This document shows positions 1 to 12,633 of a stretch of DNA of 64,000 nt, piece after piece. Position 1 is the first letter of the stretch. Each line of letters starts with the position of its first letter. The stretch comes from Takakia lepidozioides (lineage: Eukaryota > Plantae > Bryophyta), in assembly GCA_030704615.1 (NCBI GenBank), contig CM060731.1, positions 14,384,001 through 14,448,000 on the forward strand, written 5' to 3'. The position numbers and the translations under genes are program-made. The notes under the pieces are model-generated. The model saw only the letters and a list, made by a program, of their open reading frames with translations, was not told where the DNA came from and ran no database searches.

Positions 1-60
1 TATAAGACTTTGTTTGCCGCAGCCTTGTCACCATAGACCCTGACGTAGGCAGAGAGAGCC
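1..60 (-). repeat. Short interspersed repeat fragment (SINE-like) with LINE-type 3' tail, in a mannosidase intron
   Basis: Reverse complement reads gggtctatggtgacaaggctgcggcaaacaaagtcttata, matching aggtctatggttacaaggctacggtaagctaagtcttatg at about 39535-39575. Confidence 0.55.
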
Positions 61-170
61 TGAGTGAAAGGATGAATGGATCATTGATTGGAAGTGTAGA
101 CTAGATTGCGTTTCCTAATATGTAGCTATGCAAGAATTGATACCAATACCAAAAGTGCATGAATTTTCAG

Positions 171-3047
171 GTGTTGATTCCTTCTATGAGTACCTAATGA
201 AGGCCGACATCTTGTTTGGAGGTGATGAATATTGGCACATGTTCCATGGGGCGTATTTGGCAGTACAGCAATTCTACCGGAATGGCCCCTGGTAACTTCC
301 ACCTATGTTCATAGGCATGAGTCGCTCTTGATCTTCATATTGCAGTGAATAACCCCTTTCAAGATATCCAGGCATTATAAGCAGTCTTGTTGCCCTTGCG
401 GGCAGGTATCATGATGCAGATATGAGGACCGGGAGAGCTACCTACTTGCAGTTCACGAGTTTGCAGGCTTTCTGGCCGGCTCTGCAAGTGAGTGCAGTTA
501 TGTACTACATATACATGATATACTAGGGTGTATCCTCCTGCCTGAGATTCCATGGATGTCCTTTGTGGTGCATCTGAAAAATTCTTCTCATCACAGTTGG
601 CAATTGCTCTTTCTTCCCACCATTTATCCACACAAGCTCGTTTCAGTCTTCACTCCAATCAGAGTTTCTACATAAGAGCTACAATACTGTGGAAAGACCC
701 CTGAGGACAAATATGTTCTCTTAGGTATTTAGGTTAAATTGGACTACTATGGAGGTTGAAAACAGCAACTATGCTTCAGAAGTCATAACACTACGTTCAG
801 GTGCTTGTTGGTGATGTGGCAGCAGCTGTAGCAACGCATCACGAGTTTTTTAGTGTTTGGGAAAAGTTTGGCATTGTTCCCGAGAGGTATGGCTCCTAAC
901 CTTTTTCACTGATGTGACTGACTTCAACCTCACCTAATGTTCTACTGGTCTACAGACAAATTCGAGATTTTTGTCAGTAGCTGCATGATCATTAATGGCC
1001 ACAGTCCGCATGGAAACCCTCTCCTGGACTGCACTAAAGATGTTTTCTGGAAAAGTTCACTACTCCAAAGATAGCACCAAATTCATTAGATCAGAGTCTC
1101 AGCACTTCATAGTTGAAGCAGATACACAAATGGCATATGCTAATGCCACAGGTCCAAGAACATTGTCTTTTCCTTTGCTACCCCAAGTTGCTCTGATGTT
1201 GATGGTAATGGGTGGCTGCAGATATCTGTTTGATAGAGGCATAGTGCACCCAACAGAGAAGTACTACCCTCTGCGGCCTGAGCTGGCAGAATCGACCTTC
1301 TTTCTCTATCAAGCCACCAAAGGTATAAATGTACACTGATTTTCTATTCCTTTTGCTGAGACAGTTTCAAGATGTTAATTTTTTATTCAGGTTGAGACCC
1401 CCGAATATTGGAAAATGGTGGAGTTGTGGTCTGTCTGAACAGATTATGATTGATTGCAGCCGTGAACGTATTTTTGTTATCTTCTCTGCTACCTGCTCAA
1501 TGTAGACTGAGGTGACTTCCTGCTGTTCTGTTCTTGGAAATCATTGTAAGACCATTCATTGAAATGCTGAGGTACAGAGTGTGTAGAGTAATGTGGACTT
1601 GTGAATGGGTGTGACAGATCCGTGGTATCTGGAGGTGGGGGAACGCATTTTGAAGTCATTGAACGTGTTTACACGAGTTGACGGAGGTTTTGCCAGTGTT
1701 AGGGATGTAGTGACTATGGAGCTGGAAGACCACCAACACAGCTTCTTCCTTGCTGAAACGTACTTTCTGCTGCTCTTAAGTCATATTAGGTCCAAGTTTG
1801 GGGAGAGAGGAAGATAGAATGTACTCATAAGACGTTGTTGGCCGTAGCCATGTGGCCATTGACCCGCGCCCAGTTTGAGCGGAACACAAAGGGACAGAAA
1901 CTACCTTTGTCAGGGGCTGACGCCGGTAGTATGACTTACCCTGAAATGCAATGGATCCGAGTTTTCCAGGTATCCTCTAGAAATCCCTTCACACAACCAT
2001 CAATCTGCTTTGTGTGATTTGCCCAATAACTAGACCCCAAAAGGGCCTGGGAGAGGACCATAAAAAGGGTTAGTGTGGAGCTCTGGTGGCCACACCGCTT
2101 AGCAGTTCCATGTTATCCTCCTGGTATGACCCATACAAATTCCTCTAGATGCTCTCTATTTGTCTAGGATCAGTTTGGGTGAAGATTTTGCAAATTACAT
2201 TAAGCCAATGTGCAGGAATCTAAGGCAGTAGCCCTGCTCTCTCTCTAATGTGACGTGTCTTGGTAGCAGGTGCAAGTACCTGTATCTACTGTTTGATGAC
2301 ACTTTCTTGATAGGGCGCAACTATGTGTTCAGCACCGAGGGCCACCCTCTGCCTGTGCTGAATTCATGGCAACATTGGCCTGCTTCTGAAGGCATGTCCT
2401 CAATTGAGAAGGTACTGCCCTGCTGTTTGCATCACTCTGCTATAAGGTAGGGAGTATGAGCTGACGTTACTGCATTTGAATACTGGGTCCGGGACTTGAC
2501 GTTGCACAGTTATCATTTGTTTTCAGGTCCTTCGTGTTATTAAAACATCCCACGTTAGCCGACCCAGCTGTCAGCAGCTTGTTGGCATGAAGTTGCAGTC
2601 TCTTCTGGAAATGGGTTACATCCTAACCCCTGGCTGACACAGGAAAGACAAGTGCCTCCTAGACAGCCAATGGGTCATCATGAAGTTGGCTGGAGATGCT
2701 GGACTCCTTTGCAATGTGCAGTCTATTCCATGTTCTTTCATTTAGGGCAAAATTGCCAGTTTATTCGCTTGTGTTTACAAGGCAAGGAGTATTCTTATTG
2801 AACACAGCTTGTCCTTTTACAGGGGAAGACAAACTCGCAGATCAACTCAGGCAGCGCACTTGGTCGTCGAATTTGCCCCAACTTGCATACCAGAGAGCTT
2901 TGGAGGCCAGTGGAGAGTGCATGCCATGTACTGGACAGGCGCAGTAACCACCAATGCCAAGCTGACAAGGACTGTGGGACAGATGCAATGTCATGTAGAA
3001 AAAGAAGTTGTAGCAGAGCTGGCTTTTGTGGGTCCTGGCTCATGTAA
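171..3047 (+). CDS. MNS5: ER-degradation-enhancing alpha-mannosidase (GH47, EDEM/MNS5-like), 3' part; 5' exons lie upstream of the window
   Basis: Phase-consistent GT-AG exons 171-291, 406-487, 801-886, 1222-1322, 1618-1759, 2270-2411, 2823-3047(TAA). Motifs GVDSFYEYLMK, TSLQAFWP, YYPLRPELAESTFFLYQAT, HSFFLAETCKYLYLLFDD, FSTEGHPLP, plus a Cys-rich C-terminus (ESACHVLD...DCGTDAMSCRKRSCSRAGFCG) like plant MNS5. Confidence 0.93.
1814..2235 (-). mobile_element. 5'-truncated LINE 3'-end fragment in a mannosidase intron
   Basis: 1814-~2050 closely matches 51129-~51370 (atagaatgtactcataagacgttgtt...aaatcccttcacacaa...gggcctggga), which continues into a LINE C-terminal CCHC ORF. Right boundary approximate. 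Confidence 0.75.
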
Positions 3048-4081
3048 TTCTGGCATTCTTTCGTTATGGTTCTGTGAATAGTTTCTGAATAATTAGGCTT
3101 CTGTAATCTCATTGTATCCCAACTTGGGATACATTCATTTGCTCATTTCTCAAAAGAATCGCTATGGGGTTCTTCTATACACCATCGCACTCGACTGTAA
3201 TTTCTCCTCCTTTTATCCCCACAATTGAAGCACTTCCAAGAAGGGCTCCGATTGACCGGCACAGTTTTCCCCCAACTTCTCCTGATGCAAAACCTTCTGA
3301 TTATTCATTAATGTGCACAATGACCTCAAGTTGTTGACGCCCTCTGAATAGAACTGTTGGTTAGGGGTTATTGCGCTGTTGGTTACCCTGGGCAAGAGAT
3401 TGGTCATATAACAGTGTTCTAAGAGCATCCCCACCGGTGTCCTTAAATGCCACGGCAACGGTACTCGAGCCCCCCGCCCTGGGGCCATACTTTGGTGCAG
3501 GATACAGGCCCTCGTCAACCTGGCCGGTACCTGCTGAAGCGACTAAAAAGCACGCTGGCGTGCATTTATGGCATGCTAGTAAGGCGGTGTCTGCCAGGTG
3601 GTCCCTCCGCAGCAAGGCGCCGCCGGGGGAGGGGAGTGTTGGAGGCCGCGGGAGGTTACCGTGCAGTGGTGTTTAGTGTGATGAGTTTCCACGGCAAAGG
3701 CAGGTCCCCAAATCATGGAAACATTGAACACCCATGAACATCACTACTGTGGGTTCTGGCGAAGCCGGAAACATGTTCACTTTGATGCTCTTATGTGGGT
3801 GCCCACAAAGCTCAAGAGGTCCAGGTGAGGAATGAAGAATGGCTCAAGGCTTGTGGCTATGACCACCAGAACCATTGACCATCCAGTGTCTTTTTGGGTG
3901 CTTAGAAGCCAGGAAGCAACCACCGGAAAAGTAAAACCTTCGAGTAGAATAAGCTACCGATGGATAATGGGTTCACCAACCTCTGGATAGGAAGCAAGGA
4001 CCGCTGGATACTAGTCTCCCTCAGGGATCATAGAGATGATCGCTAAAACTGTCTATATTGTCTAGATTGAAGGTTGCAGCT

Positions 4082-7000
4082 ATGGCGGCCTTCAGCTTAA
4101 GCCTGGGCAACACCCTCAGCCCGGGACGTCTACTTCCCCATAATCGAGCTCTCCACCCTCACACACACGCCACCACTCGGCTCCAAAGGCACCCATCAGG
4201 TGACCTTGGTGCTTTGGCGTGGAACCTCGGTGCTTTGGCGAGCTTCCACAATGCCTGTTGTCAGCCATGGCCGATTCAAAGGCCTTTCAAAGACCATCAC
4301 TCTGCCCGAGCTCAAGCTGCTACATCATGGAATCAGGAGATTTGGGAGATGGATAATTCGGAGAGTTCCTGGGAAGAGCCATGGATAGACTGGGATTGGT
4401 TGAGAGCTGGAAGATTGGAGGTACTGGCTATGGGGTTGGGTGTGGCCGCGGCTGCCTCTATGGCAGCAGCCAAGCAAGGAGCCGGAATTTCGCCTCTTCC
4501 TGTTTTCTCCCTTGTTTTCTTAGTACCTGTTCTAAGTGCCATACACCATCACGCTTTGAGAAGAAATTCAAGCTTTGCTTATAACGCACAAGTGCTGGCC
4601 ATGACCGAGCAATTACGAAGTTTGCGAGTTGCTTTGGCGCGGGTATTGGGTAGCGTGCAAACAGCTGTGATGGGAGTATTGGCTAGTTCCTCAATTGATG
4701 CACTGTCGTTCATACTCGTGCATCTGCGAGGTGTTCTCGGTTATCTCAAAATCCCGGTAGGTCTCAAGTCTGCAAATATTGTAGGTTGTGTGCAGTAATG
4801 GATGGGTTGGGGCGCTCACTCGAGTATGTGATGTCAATCAATTCTGGATACGGTGCATTTTGTTGAGAGTCGATGAACAAGAAGACATAAGGCTCAAAAT
4901 CATTTACAGTGGTAGTTAGCTCTAGAGGTGCAATAAAACAACCTTGAGGAGTGTCAAAGTGATGAATGCATGCTGCGCAAACTGCGTGCTGGGTTGTCTT
5001 AGTTGCATGTGCCGACCGAGATTTGCTGCAAAATATACAGGGAAGGTATTTTTTCATGGTTAGTGGTACGGAGGATTGTGGCCATATGATGCAACGATAA
5101 GCAGGTCATGGTAAGCACGCCATGGAGATCGGTAGATTACAGCTTGCTGGTAGGCCTAGTCGCAGGGCTAGCAGGCACTTTCAGGGTGAGAGCTAGGAGG
5201 GAAAGCAAATCGTGGACAATTGCTTACAGTGATTGATATGGAAACCTGGGATGTAGGATTTGGATTGAGTGGTGTGCGAATCCATTTTAAAAATTGGTTG
5301 TTATTCTGTTGCTAAAGGAAGCTATGATCAGCAAGGTGGTGTACATACGAGAATCTTTGGTAATGAGGGTCTCAGATGGCCTTCGTCAACATACCAGGCG
5401 AGGCAATGACAGCCTTCAAGTCTCAGAACAGGCCTTGGTCCATCCACAGTTGCCATTTGAGGTGGAAGAGCCTGGAAATTCAGCACGAGAGACTTCCATG
5501 TCTAGCAGCATGGATGTTGGGACCTCTGGTGTTGCGACAGAGCAAACAAGGGAAGTCCATGAATCAGGCCTTGACATTGAGGTGGTTGTAACTGACATTG
5601 CAAAGTGCGTCATCCAATTGGCAGAGGTTATTGCAAGCTTAGAGGGGAAGATTGCGAACATGGAGGAATTAGCTGAAAATACAAGTGGCATGAAGTTCTC
5701 ACAAAGTATCTCCACCTTGAAAGAGAGACATATTAGGGCAGTTTCCTCAAAGTTGGAACCTATCAAGCTCATACTTGACAATGAGGCTCTGTCTGTAGAT
5801 GGGAAGTCAATAACTGTACAAAGTTCGGTTGAGGATTTCTCATCAGAGCAGACTGATCCACGTTTAAATCCGACCTATTCGTGCCCCTCGTCACCACAGC
5901 AGCACCGAAGTTATGGGCCTCCTGGGAATTCTACAGTTCCACTGGAATTTGAAGCTGCAGATTATTTAGGACCCAGAAGTCAGTCTGTTAACAATGCCAT
6001 ACCTTCTGTCACTTCATCTCCGGCACAGGAGATTGCAAATGGGGGTGTCATACAGTTGACACCTCCCTTAGAGTCCGGACAAGTAGAAGTATATGAAAAT
6101 GTTAACCATAGGCCAATGTCTGAAGGAAGTCTTCAAGTTGATTTGTTACTGGAAAATTCAATGCCTGACAATAAATATGCAATGGCAAAGGAGGATGTTG
6201 GATTTCAACGAGGTCCAGATGTAACTACTCTTGTAAAAAATGATCTCATTGAACCTCTAGGACTTGAACATGAACGTGTACAAAGTTTTGGTAGACATGT
6301 CCATATAGAAACCAACAATTCGGAAGTCCTTTCTTCCTCTACACAACCAGGTCATGGGTTAGGTGGTAATTTTTCTTCCGCCCTGGAACTACAACTTGTA
6401 GCGGAAGGTGATTCAATTATTGGAAATGTCAACGTCAGGTTGGTGGGCAAAGAAAGCTTTGGGTTTGGAGGTGCAAAACAGGAAGAGTCTAGTCCTTCTG
6501 GATATCAAGACAAGAAAGGTGAGAAAGACATTGCTCTGTATAAGTAGGCAACTGTGTGTTGAGTTCTGCACATTAGCAAAAGGCTCAGCATTCTTTGATG
6601 GGAGGATCAGAGCTCAACTTTTTGTTTTTATTGTCAGGATTATGCAGCAAAGTAGGTGACTTGTTCAAAAGATGTCAATCAAATATTGCAGGTGCCTCAG
6701 AAAGTTACAGATACCCTGATGAAGCTCAGCGACGGAGTAGTGACTCAAGTCCAGTCCGAGTGGGGGAGCGCGTCAAGGATAGAACTGCAACTGGATACCA
6801 GCTTCCCTCAACCACATTGGGCTATGAAGATCAAGTTGAGCTGATGGAACGTGGTGTTGGGAAAATGAGTGAAGCAAGTGGCACGAGGGGGCTATTGCTT
6901 GAGGATGTTGAAGGGAAACCTGGATTACAGCGGAAGCAGCAGCATGAAGCTTACCATAGAACTCTGGCTGCAAATAGGAAGGGCAGTGGAGAAGCTAGGA

Positions 7001-10000
7001 GGCCTTATTCAGGGAGTGGAGGGTTTTCATATTCAAGGATTGGTAAGTTTGAAGATAATCAAGGAAAACGAAATGGCTTTGATAATTCTGGGGCTGACAA
7101 CCAGGGTGTGGTTGGGATTAGCAGTAGAAGTAGGAAAAATCAGTCAGTGGGAACAGGGGAGGACAGGGGGTACAACGATTACTTATCTGGATTTGGGAGG
7201 GGATTTAGGGAGAATCCTGATGCTGACAGGAATGAGCTTTTTCACTCAAGGGCTGGTAGAAATGAAGAGTATCTGCAACGTCAGAGATTAGAGGAGACAG
7301 ACAGTTACCCAGTGTGGAGCAGCAGCAGTAACAGGCAACCTATAGAAGTCAGGACAGTGTCTCAATTTGGGTGGGTTTCTAGGGGACGAGAGGATTTGCG
7401 AATAGCAAAGGGTTTTGAGACCATTGAGATTGAAACATCAAGGATGCCACCCCCCCAAGAGATGTGGGAGCGGTCCTCTGCAAGTAAAAGGAACTTTGAA
7501 CAGAAAGCAACCCAATCTGATGGCAATTGGAGCACTTCAGAATTTCCGTCTTTTAGCAGTGGAAGATTTCAGCGTGCACAACAGTTTGGTACTCCCAGGT
7601 ACGAGTCTGCTGGGGATGGAGAGCATGAGCAACTACGTGATGAATTAGGAGAGATGGGCAGATACGCAGTTGACGTGAGCAAGGACAGTGCACAAGGGAG
7701 TGACAAGTCTAAAGACGAGGTGGTTTCTACAGAACAAGAGGTTCTACGAATGGAGAAGCGCTTCCAGAGCACCAAGACTGGACTATCAACGGGACCAAAA
7801 ACCCAGGAGAGGTGGGATGTGCCTTCTTCAAGTACAAGCGGTCCTGAACAGAGAGAAGCACAATTTGATCCTGCTAAGGATGAGTCCTTGTTCTCCGGGG
7901 CTCCTGGGGATGAAGATTATCAACAAAGGCCGGAGGCTACTGTGCCAGTTGGGGTTAGCAGGGGAGGGGGGCGTGCTAGAGACTTCAGTGAAGAGTCCCT
8001 AAATGGCAGGGGGCCTGGGGAGAGGGCTCAAACCACTGAGAGGGTACCATTTTCCCAGGAGAATTGGGAAGTGTCGTCTTCGAGTAGAAGAGATTTTGAC
8101 CAGAGAGGGAAGCCCAGCCTGCGTGCAAACCTCACAAAAGCACGAGCTTTAGGTCGTGATGACAGCAACTATGACAACAGTAATGATGGTGATTATTATG
8201 GCAGGGACGGGAGGGATACAGGTGAATAGTCCCACCATAGTTGTTTTCTCTTGAGAGATTTGCTTAGCTGGTGCATAAACTGTACAGGAGTTAATCATCC
8301 AGGTAAAACACTTGGAGGGAACTCCAAGTGCACTTTGTGTGTGGTTGGGAAGCAAGGGGGAAAACAGCTAAGATCTCGGTTGTAATCCCTCTACCTCTGT
8401 ATTCACAGGAGGTCAATGGATTGGTTTGATTGGTCCACTCAGTTGACCTTTTTCTGAAGTACCTGCTTCCATTGCTTGTGTCATTTCTTCGTACGCTGTT
8501 TTCACCATCTAAATTATCTTACAACTGTTTCCTTCTTGGATTGGGTAAGGTTTCTCGTTCATTCTAAGAGAGGACTCTTGTTCAGGCAGCTATAGACGAG
8601 GGAGACAGTGGCAGGATGGCCAAGACCGCAGCTCAGATATGGAGGATGATTCCGAGAGAGGCATGGGACCCAATACACCCCGTCAACAAGAAACACGCCC
8701 CACAAGCTCCTCCTCAACGGAAGTATATGAGAGAAGTAAGAATCTTCCAGTGCTCAAATCCAGCAGGCCAGATGACGACAAATTCGAGCAGCTGCTGGAA
8801 GAGGTGGAGGCCTTGTTGAATGAAGGCAGAGAGGGGCTTGGAGGGCGCATTGAGGTGGGGGTTGCTGAGCGCATGCTCTATGAAGCTGCGGATCTGTGTG
8901 GAAAAGCTGTTGCTCTTAGGTATCCTCACAACTCCTAGGTAGACTTATTTCTTATCGAAGACCTACATTGGACGATAGAACAGGTCAGATTCATTGGGAA
9001 GAAAGAAGTAAAAAAGAGTTGGCTGTAGTTCTCAAGCTTGTTCAACAGGCTGGCAATTTGCGAGATAAGGATTTTTGGACTGCACGTTCCTGTTACTGTC
9101 GAGAAGATAGCCTATCTATTGATATGGGTTTCTGGGTAGGGTTAAAATTGTAGTGTTATTTTCTCCTTCTTGTGGCTAGAGGACTGAGTGGAGGAGTCAT
9201 GAACGGAATTACTGACCAACCAAGATTTGCCTCAACATGTTGGAAAGGTTCTAACTCAAAGGAATCTCCAATGTAGTCAGATGTCTTGTCTTGGGTTAAG
9301 CAAGACTGAGGGTTGATCTATGTATTTGTTTCTAGCTCCTGCTTTTTTAACCAATTTTTGGTGTACCTAAAATAGTAGATGAAAAAGGTTGCCACAGTGG
9401 GGCCTTGGAATCCTGCAGTGAGAAACCTTGGAACATTAGTTCTAGCCCTCCACTGTATTACTTTCATGATTGAACCAGGCTTCTAATTCGATACATTTTA
9501 CTTCTGTATGAAACCATTCATTCAGGCCCTCGAGTCTTGTTGGGGTCGGGCTATGGGGGAACACTCTCTTGCTACATGGGGAGCTGAAATTGAGACTCAG
9601 CCAGAACCTGCGGAGCATGCTGCCGGAGCCTTCCCCACAAGGCATAAATCGCCGCGATGCATGGGAGGCAGAGCAGGATCTGGAGGTCAATATCTTTGTG
9701 TTATTTATATCGTTTGGCAGTTTTTGTCTCTCGTTAAACCGTGCTCTGTTTAAGGGGCTCCGGTTTGATCCTACACTGCTGGATCTAAAACTGTGAGGAT
9801 TGACAGTTGCTCCTGCAGGAAATTTAGTTATCCTTTTGTTGGTGGTTTGGCAATGCTGGTACAGGAGACTAGTTTCACTTAGGGGAGTCAGTACCATCAA
9901 TGTTGCTCTGATTTAGATTTGGGACAGAGTTATCTACCGTTTGTATCAAATTTCAGTGGTAGCTTAAATGTTCCTTATCATGATGGTAACAAATTTTCTC

Positions 10001-11090
10001 AGTGAGGTAAGGTAATTCCAGGAGTGACATTCTTCCTCGAAACGCAATTTGGCATCAAAACATTGTTGGTTTTGGCTAGTCAACACCTTTGAGATAACCT
10101 GTGCTAAAATGGATCAATACTTTAAGATACATCCACTCATTTCTTGATGTTTTCATCCTGCAGGCATTGGAGAATACACTACAGCAGGTCTCTGAGGAGT
10201 GTGAAGAACTACTTGTGGAAGCTGGGCGGAAGTACCGTCTTGCACTGTCTCTTGATCGCACAGATGTCCGTGCTCTCTACAACTGGGGCCTCGCTCTTTG
10301 CTATCGGGGCCAGCTTATTTCTGAAGAAGGGGGGGAGGTGGGTTTTTTATTCCTTCCAGCTCGAGTCCCTGAGCTCTGATGCGTGTAAGAGATACTTGTA
10401 CAGGCTTTCACCAGTAGGCAAACATCATGGATTTGCTGTTATTTCTTCAGTAATAACATACATATTTTTGATGGTGCAGCGGGCAGCACAAGATGCAGAC
10501 AAAGTCTACTTGGCAGCCATTGATAAGTTTGAAGCCATGATGGGCTTCAATCAGAAGTACGCCCCGGGTGGTACGTGGTCTGCAACCCGCTTCTTTGATA
10601 TTGAATATATGCTTTTAGGTGTGCTGGCTGCAAGTATGTTCTGAAGCTGTGCCCTTGCCCCCTATAACCCTTAACCTCCCTTTCTTCGCTCCGTGCGAGT
10701 CAGACATGTGTCTATTCCACTTGGAATCCAAGTAGAGCTAGATATATCTGCGTCTGAACATGTACAGACGCTGGCGAAATGGTGAACTAACGGGTATAAC
10801 TCTTCCAAGGCACAGCTGAATTTAAGACTGTGAATGCAGCACTTTTGAACTGGGGCTTGGCCATGCGGGACCGGTCTCGTCTTCGGCCGATGGGTAGCAG
10901 GGAGCGTATTAAGCTGCTGGCACAGGCTAAAGAGATGTTCCAGGATGCTCTTCGAATTGATCCTAACTATGGGCAGGCCCGGGGTGCTGTAGCAGCATGC
11001 ACTGTAGAGTTGAAAGAGCTCCAGGAGTTTGAGGAACCGAGGGGCCCAGAGCGAGGAGGGAGACAGCAGTCTAAGAACTGGTGGGGTTGA
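4082..11090 (+). CDS. Large TPR-like helical-repeat protein with probable N-terminal transit peptide, hydrophobic segment and long low-complexity middle
   Basis: ORFs 4082-~4642 and ~5376-6518, then phase-consistent exons 6692-8221, 8586-8919, 9526-9685, 10164-10337, 10480-10570, 10840-11090(TGA). The C-terminus matches a conserved plant TPR-like family (WGNTLLLHGELKL, ECEELLVEAGRKY, ALYNWGLALCYRGQLI, DADKVYLAAIDKFEAMM, WGLAMRDRSRLRP). The exon 1-2 junction is unresolved. Confidence 0.8.
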
Positions 11091-12633
11091 ATCAGGAAGA
11101 TCATAATAAATGTTGTTGACCACATTGTAGAGAGAGAGTTGTCAGTCAGTCTTGTACATTTACAGATTCACTGTGTCACCATCATGCTGGCCAAGGCTAG
11201 TTTGATGGAACGTGCACTCCTAAGGGAAAGCCTTCAATGTGTTGTGCCTATTTTGAACATGATTTGGATGGCGGCTGTTCCAGTGCCCAAGTTTGATATC
11301 TGGGGCTTCTCAATCCTCTGAAGTGATGCACATTCTGGTTGTTTTGATGTGGACAACTGATTGTTTGCACTCAATGATATGCATCCTCCATTTGTCTTGG
11401 ACACAGTGGGGTAATATTTTTAAAATAGAAGCCACATCGGGGTTTGGAAAGGTCATCTTTCTCTCCAACATGGAAGTTGTGCTCTGGAAATCCCAATGAA
11501 TGCCAAAAATTAGTGCACAACTCTGCTTGACCAGAGTCCCAAAATGCACATGGTGCAGGTGCCTGAACAGGCGCAGCCACCAGCAAGCTCAAACCTCCAG
11601 CAAAGAAAAGTTGGAATCCCATTAGCTCCATGGTTCTCAGAACCTTTTGAATATCTCTGGACAATCCCATCCAAATTGTTGTGGAATGTGCAAGTCAATG
11701 AGCATTGCAACTTTATGGCAGCAATTGCTGGGGGGCAGGGGGTGGGTTGTATGTCCTCGATCGGGCTCATCTACACACATGTTGCAAAGGCCGGAAAAAA
11801 AAAAAAAAAGTATGACGCCTCCTGAAGGGAACGGAACTTATGGTGTCTCTTCACCACAAGGGCTACTGCCTTCCAGCTGAAAGGTGGACACCAGTGTTGG
11901 GCGGTTCTTGCCTTTGTGAAGGAACCTTCGGTTCCGGTTCCACAAATTTTTGAAGAGACGGTTCCGGATCCAGATCCGGTTATTTTTTTATTAAGGCGGT
12001 TCCGGTCCGGTTCAGGTTCTGACTTTTTAACATGGGGGCGGTTCCGGTTACCGGTTAGTTGCTGGAAAAAAAACACCGGTTCCGGGTAGGTTCCGGTTCT
12101 TTTTTAAAAATATATTAAATTCTTTTAATTTTTTTTATTCTTCTGGAAAATTAGATGAACTGATCTGATTGGTCATACTGAATATTCAGAATTTTCAACT
12201 AAAACCAGGGAATTTATTAGTAAAACAGAAGTAAATAAACTTATATGATTTTTGTGATTGTCTTTTATGGTATATATAACAAGTTAAATACGCATGGTCT
12301 CCATTAAAAACGGAAAACCAGAGATTTTATAAGTTTTCGTACGGTGTAGCAAAGAACAACTAAAACAAACTAACTACATAAGGATCTTAATTCAAAATAC
12401 AAAACAAATTAAACATGTGTAATTCTATGGTTACCTTTTATGGTGCAGCAAAAGCACAACTAAAAAAAACTACATAAATTTGTGTTTTTGGGATGATTCT
12501 TTGTCGATATAGCATACAACAAACTAAGTACACGGGATGTCACTGAAATTTTCAATAAAAATGACAAATAAACAAACTCCAATCAAAGGAGTATAGTGTA
12601 ATATGCTGAACAATAATTTGTCTCTAAGACAAA

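Noticed and set aside
3213-3737. Cluster of overlapping ~100-aa ORFs between the mannosidase and TPR genes
   Set aside because: GC-rich intergenic sequence with no recognisable motif or splice support.
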